In this document: piece by piece, positions 54,677-64,000 of the stretch
Layout: each line of letters opens with the position of its first letter
How positions within the stretch are numbered: the stretch's first letter is position 1
Source of the DNA: Rhynchopus sp. YZ270_cl-10
Taxonomy: Eukaryota
Assembly (NCBI GenBank): GCA_964035575.1
Contig: OZ037834.1
Location: 806,001-870,000 of the forward strand
Direction: 5' to 3'
Length of the DNA stretch: 64,000 nucleotides
Program-made: the position numbers and the translations under genes
The notes under the pieces: model-generated
The model's input: the letters and a program-made list of their open reading frames with translations, nothing else
What the model was told of the DNA's origin: nothing
Databases searched by the model: none

Positions 54677-56895
54677 ATGGGAGGCCCAATCCTGCTGAGC
54701 TCCAAGAAAATAGCCTCCCAGGCGCGTAACATTGCGAACAAACACCGTGCACTTCCACCGAAGAGCCTGCAGCAGGGTCCCGACCTGGTGACCTTCGTGC
54801 GCGAGAATGTAGTGAACATGAAGAAGGCGCACAGGGAGGAGTTCAAGCTTTACTCAAAGGACGCCCTAGAGGTGTTGACGCAGTACACTCGCCTGCGGAT
54901 CGCTCAGGGAAGGGAGGTGGGCAAGCAGATGAAGATGCTGACCCAGCATGTTGTCAGCTCTGGATACCGGATCGAAGAAGTCTGCCGGGCAGTCAGTGTC
55001 TTGGAACGGTACCGCTGCCGCGACTCAACTCTTCTTGACCTCATATCAGATACCGTTATAAAGGACCAAAGAGAAGTAAAGAAGACGACCACACCATCTC
55101 ACGAACTGGTCTACGTAGCGTTCAAGCTCCACCATATGGGTCTCCGCGGGACATTTCTCTCAGATTTGTACACACAGCTGCGCAAAAGAGGGGCCTGGGA
55201 AAGTGGCTTCGATCTGAAGGACTGTCAGACCTTTCTGTTCTTGGCAGGACAGCAGACACCTCCTCTGGGGATGTGCCGTGCGATTTTCGATCGGGTCGTA
55301 GCGGTTATGTCGTTGGGAACTCCATTTAGGCCGAAAAGCGGGGCCCAACAGCACAGACACGAAGTAGATACGGTGTCGACCCCTTTGGTGCATATCATGT
55401 ACAACCTGGGGTACGTGAAGAGCGGAGAGGTGAAGGGGGATCTGGCGTATATGATGCCCATCCTCTGCAACTTTGCGTTGTCGTCAGAGCCCAATGTTGC
55501 AGAGGTGGTCCGCATGGTCCGAGCCCTAGGGCGTGCTAAGATCTCCTTCGAGGTCGTGCCGGAGCTGCCCACCCTGCTGCTGGGGCTGTCGGAGGATGCG
55601 CTGTGCAAGCTGACCGTGTCGGACCAGGCAGGTCTCCTCCAGAACCTGACCAGCATGCTGCGGAACGGCCTCACAGAGAACGTCCGCGGGGGGATACCGC
55701 CCGTGGCGGAGAGGCTGGGGCTGCTGCCGATGGTGGAAGTGCTGCTGGGAGAGCTGTCTTCGGTGGAGTCGGTATGAAGGGGTTATTTTATTTTATTTTT
55801 TCCTTACACGTAGTGTTATTAGAAACTCGAGTAATAAAGCCAACGTTTAATCGCCTGATACCGACTATTTTCTCCTCCCCTTTAAAAATCACTTGCGCCA
55901 AAATTCAGATCTCATACACTGTTTTTGGCTGCGTTCAACGAAAATAATCTTCCCCCCTTTTTCTAGTCGAGTAATCAAGATCAGTTGGCGACTGTAAGAG
56001 TCGAGTTTTGATCAAATGGTCTTTAATAGAAGTGAAATTCTCCACCCCCCGGTACAGCCGGTCATTGTACCAAGATACACTGTTCACGAGGGGGTCGTAT
56101 TTCAACTCTTTTATTTCGACAACTTTCCCCCCCCCTCAAATACACCCCACACACACACACCCACACACACAGGGCGATAAGTTGCAGTCAGGAGAGTTCT
56201 CCGCGGTGCTCTGGTCGGCTGCTGCCTTCAAACACGAGAACCAGCTCCACATCCAGGGCCTCTGCTCCACCCTCCGCGAGAACCCGAAGATCATCTCCGG
56301 GATGGCGATCCACAACGTGCAACGCGTCCTGGTCTCCCTGCGCAAGCTGGCCACCTTCGAAGAGGACCTGGTCGTCGCACTGCTGAGCCACCTGCCGTCC
56401 CTGAACCCTAAACACGCTGCCCCCGAGGAGGTGCTGCTCATCATCTACGCCATCGGCAACTTCACGCACTGCCTCCCACCTCGCCAGGCCGAGGAAATGG
56501 GCGAGCACCTGGTTGGCTTCCTGGCAAAGAGCATCCGGGTTGTTGACGGTACACATCAAGTGTTGCCCTCCTACAAGCGAAACACCTTGGCAAAGGGGCT
56601 GTCGGGGCTGGCGTTGCTGGAGATGCTGCCCCCGAAGGCGGTGCTGGGGTGGATCAATGAAAACGTCAGGACGCACGCCCGTCTCTTCGACGAATATGAA
56701 AATTCCTGTGTCGACAAATGGCTGGCGTTCCTGGAACGCAGCAGTCAAGAGGAGCTCCATCATGCCGAAGCAGCGCAGAAACAGACCACCGCCACTAGGT
56801 ACTCCGTGACGGCACCGCCCACGGAGAAGGAGAACACCGCAAAGGCGTTTGGGGGGAGAGGAATCCATCCAGGGAGGAGGCGTGGTGGGGTGTAG
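54677..56895 (+). CDS. Hypothetical alpha-helical repeat protein, two exons, possibly organellar RNA-binding
   Basis: Exons 54677-55771 (TCG|GTATGA) and 56173-56895 (ACACAG|GGC) join in phase 0. Leu-rich amphipathic helices; function not recognised. Confidence 0.7.
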
Positions 56896-57286
56896 TGGTG
56901 TGTAGTGAGTAACACTCCTGATGGAGGGCAAAGAGAGGGGAGGGGGGGAAAAGCGACAACGTTTTTCAGCTTCTTGATTTTGTTTTTTGTCTGCTTAGCA
57001 GACGCTTCTCGCTTTTTTTTTTTTTTTTTTTTTTGTCAATCTCTCTCTCTTTTGTTCAACACAACCAACAATTGAAATGACAATCCCCTTTCTGTTGTTC
57101 TCCCTCACCCCCCTGTCTCCCATCCTCCGCATCTATATCTACATGCTCATGACATGGCATATGGGCAGAATAAAGTGGATCAGCCCCATGAGCGGCTGAT
57201 CCACACACAGAGAGGCTTTGGCCAATATAAAGTCCCCAAAGTGTGTGTGTGTGTGTGTGTGTGCTTTCCTTAGGAAAACAACCTCC

Positions 57287-58054
57287 GTGTGCCTCCACGA
57301 GCTGTTCAGCCGTGCTGCTGGCGGGGTAGCTTTCGCCGCAACCTCGGTTGTCCACGCGTGCAACTTCACGTACGCGGACTGCAGCTCCTCCGCCTGCTGG
57401 GTCTGCTGGCTTGCGGTTCTGACTGACGCGTCTTGTGCCTCGTCTTGTGCCTGCGTCACTTGCATCACCCGTTCCTCCAACAGCTCCACTCTGACCGCTA
57501 TTTGGGTGGCGGCGGGTACGCCGGACTGCACTCCAGACATGGCCTTGACGATGGCCTGCTGCTCCTTCTTGTGGTTGTGGAGTTGGAGGCGGACGTCGTC
57601 CATTTCCTCCCTCTCAAAGGTACGACCCTCAGATTGGTGGCGGTGCAATGGCGTCCTCGTGTGAGCGGTGCTCCTTCTTCAGCCGCTTTTCCTCCTCCTT
57701 CCTTTTCCGCTCGGCACGGATGGTGTCCTGGATGGACATGCGGAGCCCGTTGATGTCGAGCTCTGTGTTGGGGGGCGGATGCGGGGCGGTGACCTGAAGG
57801 ACGTCCGCCTTCCTGCCCGTCACCTCGGCTTCCCACTCCATCTGTTTCAGCATGGCCGTGTCCTGTGACTGCAGGAAGCTGGAGGGGAAGGGGTGGATGC
57901 GGTATTCCCGCGGTGGTGGGAGTGTGAGCACGAGGGGGCGCACTACCTGCTGCCCGGCTTGTTTGCCGCCGAGAATCTCGACGTTACCGGGGGATGCCGC
58001 GTGGAGGCCAGCCGGGCTTTGCATTGTGATAGTGTTAATTTCCCTCGTTCCCCC
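57287..58054 (-). mobile_element. Second ORF1-like insertion flanked by a ~45-bp direct repeat
   Basis: Repeats A(GT)n..TTTCCTTAGGAAAACAACCTCC at 57240-57286 and 58055-58097. The ORF from ATG 58024 (MQSPAGLHAASPGNV) is homologous to the 41700 ORF, with one frameshift near 57640. Confidence 0.8.
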
Positions 58055-58242
58055 AGTGTGTGTGTGTGTGTGTGTTTTCCTTAGGAAAACAACCTCCAAA
58101 ACCCTTGCAAACTCTCTGTGAAAGGGGGGTTCTTTTCTGGTAAAGAAAAGCACTCTATTATTTCCCCCATTTTACTGCCTAGTGCACAAAACCACCTTTG
58201 GATCTAAGAGACAGACAAAAAAAAAAAGTTTAAAAAAGCACC

Positions 58243-59694
58243 ATGCTGAGTTCAGTCAGATCCGCAGCACGTCCGGTCCTCGCCCGCCAGGCACGTACCG
58301 CACTCACAACAGTATGTAAAAAAAAATATACATTTTTTCAAAAAAAAAAGGGGCGATAGAGAGCACTTCGGAGTTCAGTGCTTTCTTCCCCAAAAAAAAC
58401 CCCCCTTTGTGTACAAAGCTGAAATCACACTGAAAAAAGGTAACAGATGCATGCAAAGACTGCTTTTGCGTGGCATGCTACACTACAGAGTATCAAAAAA
58501 TCCTGATTTTCAAAAAAACACCCCCAAAAAAACACAGTCTGTGTACAGCTATGACACACTGAAGGCAAAGATTGAGAGGGAGCCACTTCTTACCGGGACA
58601 CTATACAAGCAGAGCGCTTTCCTGTATGTCACAACGTATATTTCTCAAAAAAAAGCGACCATGTGACCGGGTGGGTGGGTGTTAACGTGCCAATACCGCA
58701 TGCAAGAAGCACGTTATTTAGCGTAAATTTAGTGTAACCCCAGGGTGAACATGGCCAGTATGTGGACAAGGATATGAGTAGTTATCAGATACTACTGGGT
58801 TCGCGATCAGGGATGCCTTGTGGATCCGGGTTAATGAAATAGCCGTCCCTCGTACAAGGGTACATCGTGCAACTTGTACTTTTGACACACTGGACATCTA
58901 ATCTTCTCTCTTATCATGTACGTTTACGGGTGTACATTTTTCCTCGTCCGAAAAAAAAAAAAGATAACCAAAAAAGTTGACGATGCAAGTCCAGAGTTCT
59001 TTTCTGAGACGCTTGAGAAACGCTTCCTCTGGTTTTCAAAATTTGTGAAATACTTGCGGGTACAGCTCGCTGTGGTTTCACCGCCACAAAGACTGTATCA
59101 TCAGCTTTTTTGTGGAAGTCAGTGAAGCGCGTTGCTTGCAGAGTAATGGATTTTAAAATTCCTCTCCACTGTTGCTTCGCTATGTGAGCTCGCTCCCAGG
59201 GCGCGCGCGAAAGGTCGCCAAAACTCCGTCTTTCCAACGCAGCTTCCAGTAATCATCGTACGATCTCTTATTAGTAGCTACTTGTTATTCGTAAGTCGCG
59301 CATTCAATTTGGCAGCTGTGTATGAGCCATTCTTTCCAAGCCAGAGCTTCGACGTTCTTAGCATCGTTTTTGACTCCCTTTCCCGTCGGACGCTTTCCGC
59401 CCTCCTTCCTTGAAGTCAAAAAAATTCTTCGCCTCAGTCAAAAAAAAAAACCTGCAGTGTGTTTTTCCACACTCACCACAAAAAATACACACACACACAC
59501 ACAAAACTCACACAAGTAGGCTATACTCCGTTCAGTCGTTACCCACTTTAAATCTGTTATCAAACTTTTTTTTACACCACCACCACCACAGGAACGTGCG
59601 CGACAAGCAGCTGACGGACGTTTGGTTCGAGAACGCCGTCTTTTTCTACAGCCTTGCCCTCACACCCTTCTTCGCGCTGATGTACTTGCAGTAG
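58243..59694 (+). CDS. Predicted 85-aa three-exon mitochondrial membrane microprotein
   Basis: Exons 58243-58311, 58538-58623 and 59592-59694 have GTATGT donors, ACAG acceptors and matching phases. Presequence-like MLSSVRSAARPVLARQART; C-terminal TM AVFFYSLALTPFFALMYL. Confidence 0.75.
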
Positions 59695-60680
59695 ACTCTG
59701 CAGCACGCAAAAACGGGCGGGGGATTGGGTGGGTATTTGGGGTCGGGGGGGAATGGAAGAACAGGAATTTTTCCAAAAAAAAAAAAATGTGTACAGGGGA
59801 TTGAGTCCCCGAAGTTTACATGATGTTGCCCTTTTAAGTTGAGGGTACGGTAGGCTGTGTAGGTATTTTACAAATGCACGACGAGAAAAAAAAATGGATC
59901 CCTTTTTCTCTCTCCGCTTTTCTTTTGAACGTTCGAAAAAAAAAAAAACAAACAGTAGAACACAGAACCCGTCTGAAATGGAAAAAGGGCTGGGGGAAAA
60001 AAGGAAAGCGCGAAAAGAAAATAAGAGCAATCATACAGAAGGGGAGCAGGAAGGGGGTTTTTTGATAAAAGGCCTTCTTTCTTTAGTCTCTTCCCCTGCC
60101 TTTTTGTTCAAAGCTTTTTTTTTTGCCATATGCATCTAATCGATACGAAAACACAAAAGTCAATTTTTTTTCTTCTTCGACCCACCCTCTTTACCTTCTT
60201 TTCGTCAGAAAAGAATGCAAAATGAAATAACTTTTTCTTTTGTCACCTCATGAAATGAAGGAGGAAATAGAAACAACGCACTGTGAACACACTTTTGCGG
60301 TTCTAGGGACGAACCGCGCTGCAGAGAGCCACTCCTCATCAAACAGGTCGAGGTGTGTGCGTTTCACCACAAACCTCTCCCATGGGTTTTATCATGTGAT
60401 GAGTGTTAAGTTTCTATTTCGAAAGCTTCTGGGTCACGCTGGTTAAACCGATCTGCGTCATCCGAACTGCAACACCCAAAGCTGCAGAGATTCCGAATGA
60501 ATGTCAAAAATCGCTCATCAAAAGGGGGCATGCTTAAACCCCCCTACTACCCTGCTTATTCAAACCACCCCACCCCCACAGGACTCCACAACCAGACACA
60601 AAGGGGGGTGGTGGGGGGGAGGAGTACCAAAAATGCTCTCTCCCCCCCCTCCTTTGTCGCGATCCCGGCCCTCATCAAAT

Positions 60681-63600
60681 ATGCTTCTTCTTCTTCTGCT
60701 CCTCCTCCCAGCCGTCTCCTCCACTACAATGGCACCCGTAACTTCCACGCCAGGCACACCTGCACCGACAATGGCACCTGTACAGTGCACCACCACGTAC
60801 ACGATGCTCGACACCGAAGGCTTCGTCGCGCATCTCAACTACTCAAACAACGAGGCGCTCTGCTGGGAGTTCCCGACCTGCGACGGGGTGCTGGAGCTGG
60901 TGTGGACGCAGTTTGACACGGAGGAGGGTTTTGACCGGGTTGTGGTGCAAAGTCGCATGACAGACGCAACCTATGTCACTGCATTCAACGAGAGTGGTCT
61001 GCGCACTGCGTCGGAGACAACCTCTGTATCAAGCCCAGCGCGGGTCAGTTTTTTGAGCGACAATTTAATTCTTAGACGAGGCTTCTCCTTCAGCTACACC
61101 TGCAACGAAGCGGCAGAGGGCTTCTGCACGGCGCTCGGCAACAACCAGGTCGGGTCCGCCACGCTTGCCGCAGCGCTTCCTGTGGAGGGGACCGCCTGCT
61201 TTACGTTGGCGTGCCCCAGCTTCTTCGACCTCTCTGTGGCCAGCTATTTTTCCGGCCGAACTGTCTTTGGTGGCCAGGGGAAGTCAACGGAACGCGGGGT
61301 AGCAAAATTTGACATAATTCCTGCCAATGAGGAGTCGCGCATCTCCTTTGTGGTGACCGCAGCGCTTGTAGGTGAGGTCCTTCCCTATACGATAGCGTGG
61401 GGCTGTGGAGTCGGCGCCCCGGACGTCACACCGCACACCGCAGCACCGCCACCGGACACTCCAGCCCCCCCACCTCCAGTCCTCGATGGTGCCCCCTGCC
61501 TCGAAACCGAAATCCTTTCAGACGAATTAGGAGTCATCAGTGTCGGGTCCCCCACTGTGGAGTACCTCCCCTCGCAGAGGAGCTGTTGGCTCATCCGTTG
61601 CGACGGGGATGTGGAGGTGTCGTGGGTGCGCTTTGACACAGAGGACTCCTTCGACTTTGTGCTTATCTTTGAGGACAACAAAATGGTGTTTGAGCAGTCC
61701 GGATACCACCCGGAGCTTTCCAACGCAACCTACGTTGGGCCGCTTCAGGTGGGGTTCATCAGCGACCAGGGGACAAATGCATTTGGCTTCGAACTCAACT
61801 ATGCTTGCGCATCCTCCAACAGCACAGCATGCACCACAGTCGACAAAGCAGGAACTGTCTCTCAGGAACTTGCCGCAGTCGAACTGGTTGAGGACGAAAC
61901 CTCTGAAGCCTGCTGGACCTTCCTTTGCGCTGGGACCGTTGAGATCCGTGTTGCGGCGCTCTTCGGCGGCTCGCTTGAGATCACCAGCGGAGACACCCCG
62001 CTTTACAAGGCAGAGGCCTCCCGGTATCATTTGGCCGAAACCTACTCTGTGAGCGAACCTGTCAAAATCACGATGGTTCAGTCCTTCCATGCCACCTCGG
62101 CAGACTACATACGGTTTACCTGGGGGTGCAACGTGCCGGCGCCGACGTTGCCTACACCGCCGTGTGTTGCAACGGAGGTGCTGACCGATGGGTCGCTGAA
62201 CCATACGCACCACCAAGGTGGGGAGAACCTCTGTTGGTCGATCGACTGTGACAGTGAGGTGCGGGTAGTGTTCACTGCCTTCGAAACGGCGCCGTCGCAT
62301 GACTACTTAAGGATTGCTGAGGTGAAGCTGGACGGATCCATTGAGGAGGTGTTCCGTGGCTCAGGTGACGCTGTCGCAACGCATGTGACCTTGGTGCTGC
62401 AAGGCCCCTTGCTCATTCAATTCGTGAGCGATGTAGGTGAAGATGATCTAGGAGGGTTTTCCTTAGAATATTCCTGTCTTTTAGGAAAAACTTGTGCATC
62501 CTTGGCAGGGACGTCTGGTTTGGTGTCAATGGATTTGCCGCGTGCGTTGGGGGCAACGTGCTGGGAGTTTAGCGGATGTGAAGGGACGGTGGAGGTGAAG
62601 CAGGCGTCGCATTTTGGGGGGTACATGCTGCTGGCAAATGCGTCTGGTCTGCAGGATACGCACTTCGCAGGGCTGGAGCCTGATGAGGGGAACCTCGACA
62701 AAATCGCGGGGGTGGCGATTGAGGCGGCTGGGGCGGCTAATATTACCGCAAACATGCGCTGGCCGGACCTGGTCACTGCGTCGATTGCCCGCTTTACGTG
62801 GGGCTGCAACGTACCTGCACCGGACCTCATCCCTGAAACACAGAACCCACCCCCCGTCAGCGACCAATGCGTCTCGGAGCTGCTTGCCCCCGGGCACGGC
62901 GAGCTGCACCACACGAACTACAGCGCGAATGAGAACATCTGCTGGGAGCTGGGCTGTGCGGAGTACATAACCATTGACTGGCTGGCATTTGACACGGAGG
63001 CGTTCTACGACAAGGTGTCGGTGTACAGCCTGCAGGATGGGATGGAAACATTGGTGCTCGAAGCCTCCGGGGCAACTGCAGACAACGTCTCCCTGATAGG
63101 CCCAGCATCGATCCGCTTTGTCAGCGACGACGTCGTCATGGGAGATGGGTTTTCCCTGCGTTACAGCTGTTTGGACTACACAGCGGCCCCGACAGATGCA
63201 CCTACCCTCGCCCCCACCGATGTGCCCAAAACGCTTGGACCAGGCAAAACATCAGAGCCCACAGCGGAGCCCACAGCAGCACCGACCCTCATCCCAGGGA
63301 CCACAGCAGAACCCACCGCGGAACCCACCGCAATCCCTGACACTGCGGAACCCACTGCAGAGCCAACCGCCGAGCCAACTGCAGCCCCAACGGCAGTTCC
63401 GACAACGATACCAGACCCAGAGGACACTGCTGAGCCTACTACTGCACCGGTAAATGAGACGGCGGCTCCGACTGTTGTGCCTACTGCGATTCCGACTGCG
63501 GTGCCCACTGCGACTCCAACGGACGCACCTGCCACGGTTGTATGGTGTACGTCTGACCAGGAGTGCATGCAGTATGGTGACGCAGATGCACGGTGTGTTG

Positions 63601-64000
63601 CTGATGAGTGCGTCTGTGGAGATGGATTTCAGAAGCCTGTCCAGGCGGGGACCGGTGTGGTGTCGCATATATGTGTTGATGCTTCTACTCGCATTGCGGA
63701 TGTGGTGCACTGCGCTTACGACGTGGCATGCGACGATGTCGCTCGCAACGCTGCGATCGCCTCAGGCCACGTGGCAAAGATCATCCCTGATGCCGCCATC
63801 ACCGAGACCAAGGAGCAATGTGGCTCCCTCAATGTCTTTGTGTTTGTCACAGATGTGCCTCTTCTTGACATTGCATCGCTTGACCTCGCGGCCGAACTTA
63901 CCTCCCAAATGGAAGCCACACAACAACACATCGGGAACGTTCTTTCTGCAGGTCTCGCCTCGCTTGATGCGTTGCGCTGTAGAAACATTGCAAACGCTGC
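60681..64000 (+). CDS. Large secreted/surface multi-CUB protein with a Pro/Thr stalk and Cys-rich EGF-like module, running off the window end
   Basis: Signal MLLLLLLLLPAVSS. Four CUB signatures (FDTEEGFDRV, FDTEDSFDFV, FETAPSHDYL, FDTEAFYDKV), TAEP repeats, and CTSDQEC..ARCVADECVCGDGF. Probably absent from the ORF track because no stop falls within the window. Confidence 0.85.
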   Translation, partial: MLLLLLLLLPAVSSTTMAPVTSTPGTPAPTMAPVQCTTTYTMLDTEGFVAHLNYSNNEALCWEFPTCDGVLELVWTQFDTEEGFDRVVVQSRMTDATYVTAFNESGLRTASETTSVSSPARVSFLSDNLILRRGFSFSYTCNEAAEGFCTALGNNQVGSATLAAALPVEGTACFTLACPSFFDLSVASYFSGRTVFGGQGKSTERGVAKFDIIPANEESRISFVVTAALVGEVLPYTIAWGCGVGAPDVTPHTAAPPPDTPAPPPPVLDGAPCLETEILSDELGVISVGSPTVEYLPSQRSCWLIRCDGDVEVSWVRFDTEDSFDFVLIFEDNKMVFEQSGYHPELSNATYVGPLQVGFISDQGTNAFGFELNYACASSNSTACTTVDKAGTVSQELAAVELVEDETSEACWTFLCAGTVEIRVAALFGGSLEITSGDTPLYKAEASRYHLAETYSVSEPVKITMVQSFHATSADYIRFTWGCNVPAPTLPTPPCVATEVLTDGSLNHTHHQGGENLCWSIDCDSEVRVVFTAFETAPSHDYLRIAEVKLDGSIEEVFRGSGDAVATHVTLVLQGPLLIQFVSDVGEDDLGGFSLEYSCLLGKTCASLAGTSGLVSMDLPRALGATCWEFSGCEGTVEVKQASHFGGYMLLANASGLQDTHFAGLEPDEGNLDKIAGVAIEAAGAANITANMRWPDLVTASIARFTWGCNVPAPDLIPETQNPPPVSDQCVSELLAPGHGELHHTNYSANENICWELGCAEYITIDWLAFDTEAFYDKVSVYSLQDGMETLVLEASGATADNVSLIGPASIRFVSDDVVMGDGFSLRYSCLDYTAAPTDAPTLAPTDVPKTLGPGKTSEPTAEPTAAPTLIPGTTAEPTAEPTAIPDTAEPTAEPTAEPTAAPTAVPTTIPDPEDTAEPTTAPVNETAAPTVVPTAIPTAVPTATPTDAPATVVWCTSDQECMQYGDADARCVADECVCGDGFQKPVQAGTGVVSHICVDASTRIADVVHCAYDVACDDVARNAAIASGHVAKIIPDAAITETKEQCGSLNVFVFVTDVPLLDIASLDLAAELTSQMEATQQHIGNVLSAGLASLDALRCRNIANA

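Overview
Eukaryotic protist DNA, most consistent with a euglenozoan such as a diplonemid. This is an inference from GT-AG introns with (CA)n-AG acceptors, CUB/Pro-Thr surface proteins, and the fact that all host genes lie on the + strand. About 12 host genes are supported: a KIAA0930/DUF2045+PH protein, two CUB-like surface proteins, CDP-DAG synthase, a SCYL1-like pseudokinase, a degenerate kinesin, a vWA-UBA-RING/RBR protein, a secreted 14-repeat Cys-rich protein, a signal-anchored spermidine synthase, a helical protein, and two spliced microproteins absent from the ORF track. Intergenic and intronic DNA is dense with mobile elements: a hAT transposon (13-bp TIR, 8-bp TSD) inside a ~268-bp satellite, an intact Crypton-like tyrosine recombinase framed by inverted repeats and a long hairpin, several MITE families, Helentron-like and SINE-like short repeats, a pogo remnant and an orphan 28S rRNA fragment. 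The most unusual observation is two homologous ORF1-like insertions, each anchored at a (CA)n microsatellite. They have very long target duplications (78 bp and ~45 bp) and are intact at the ORF 5' end but cut at the 3' end. All calls come from reading the sequence; no searches were run.
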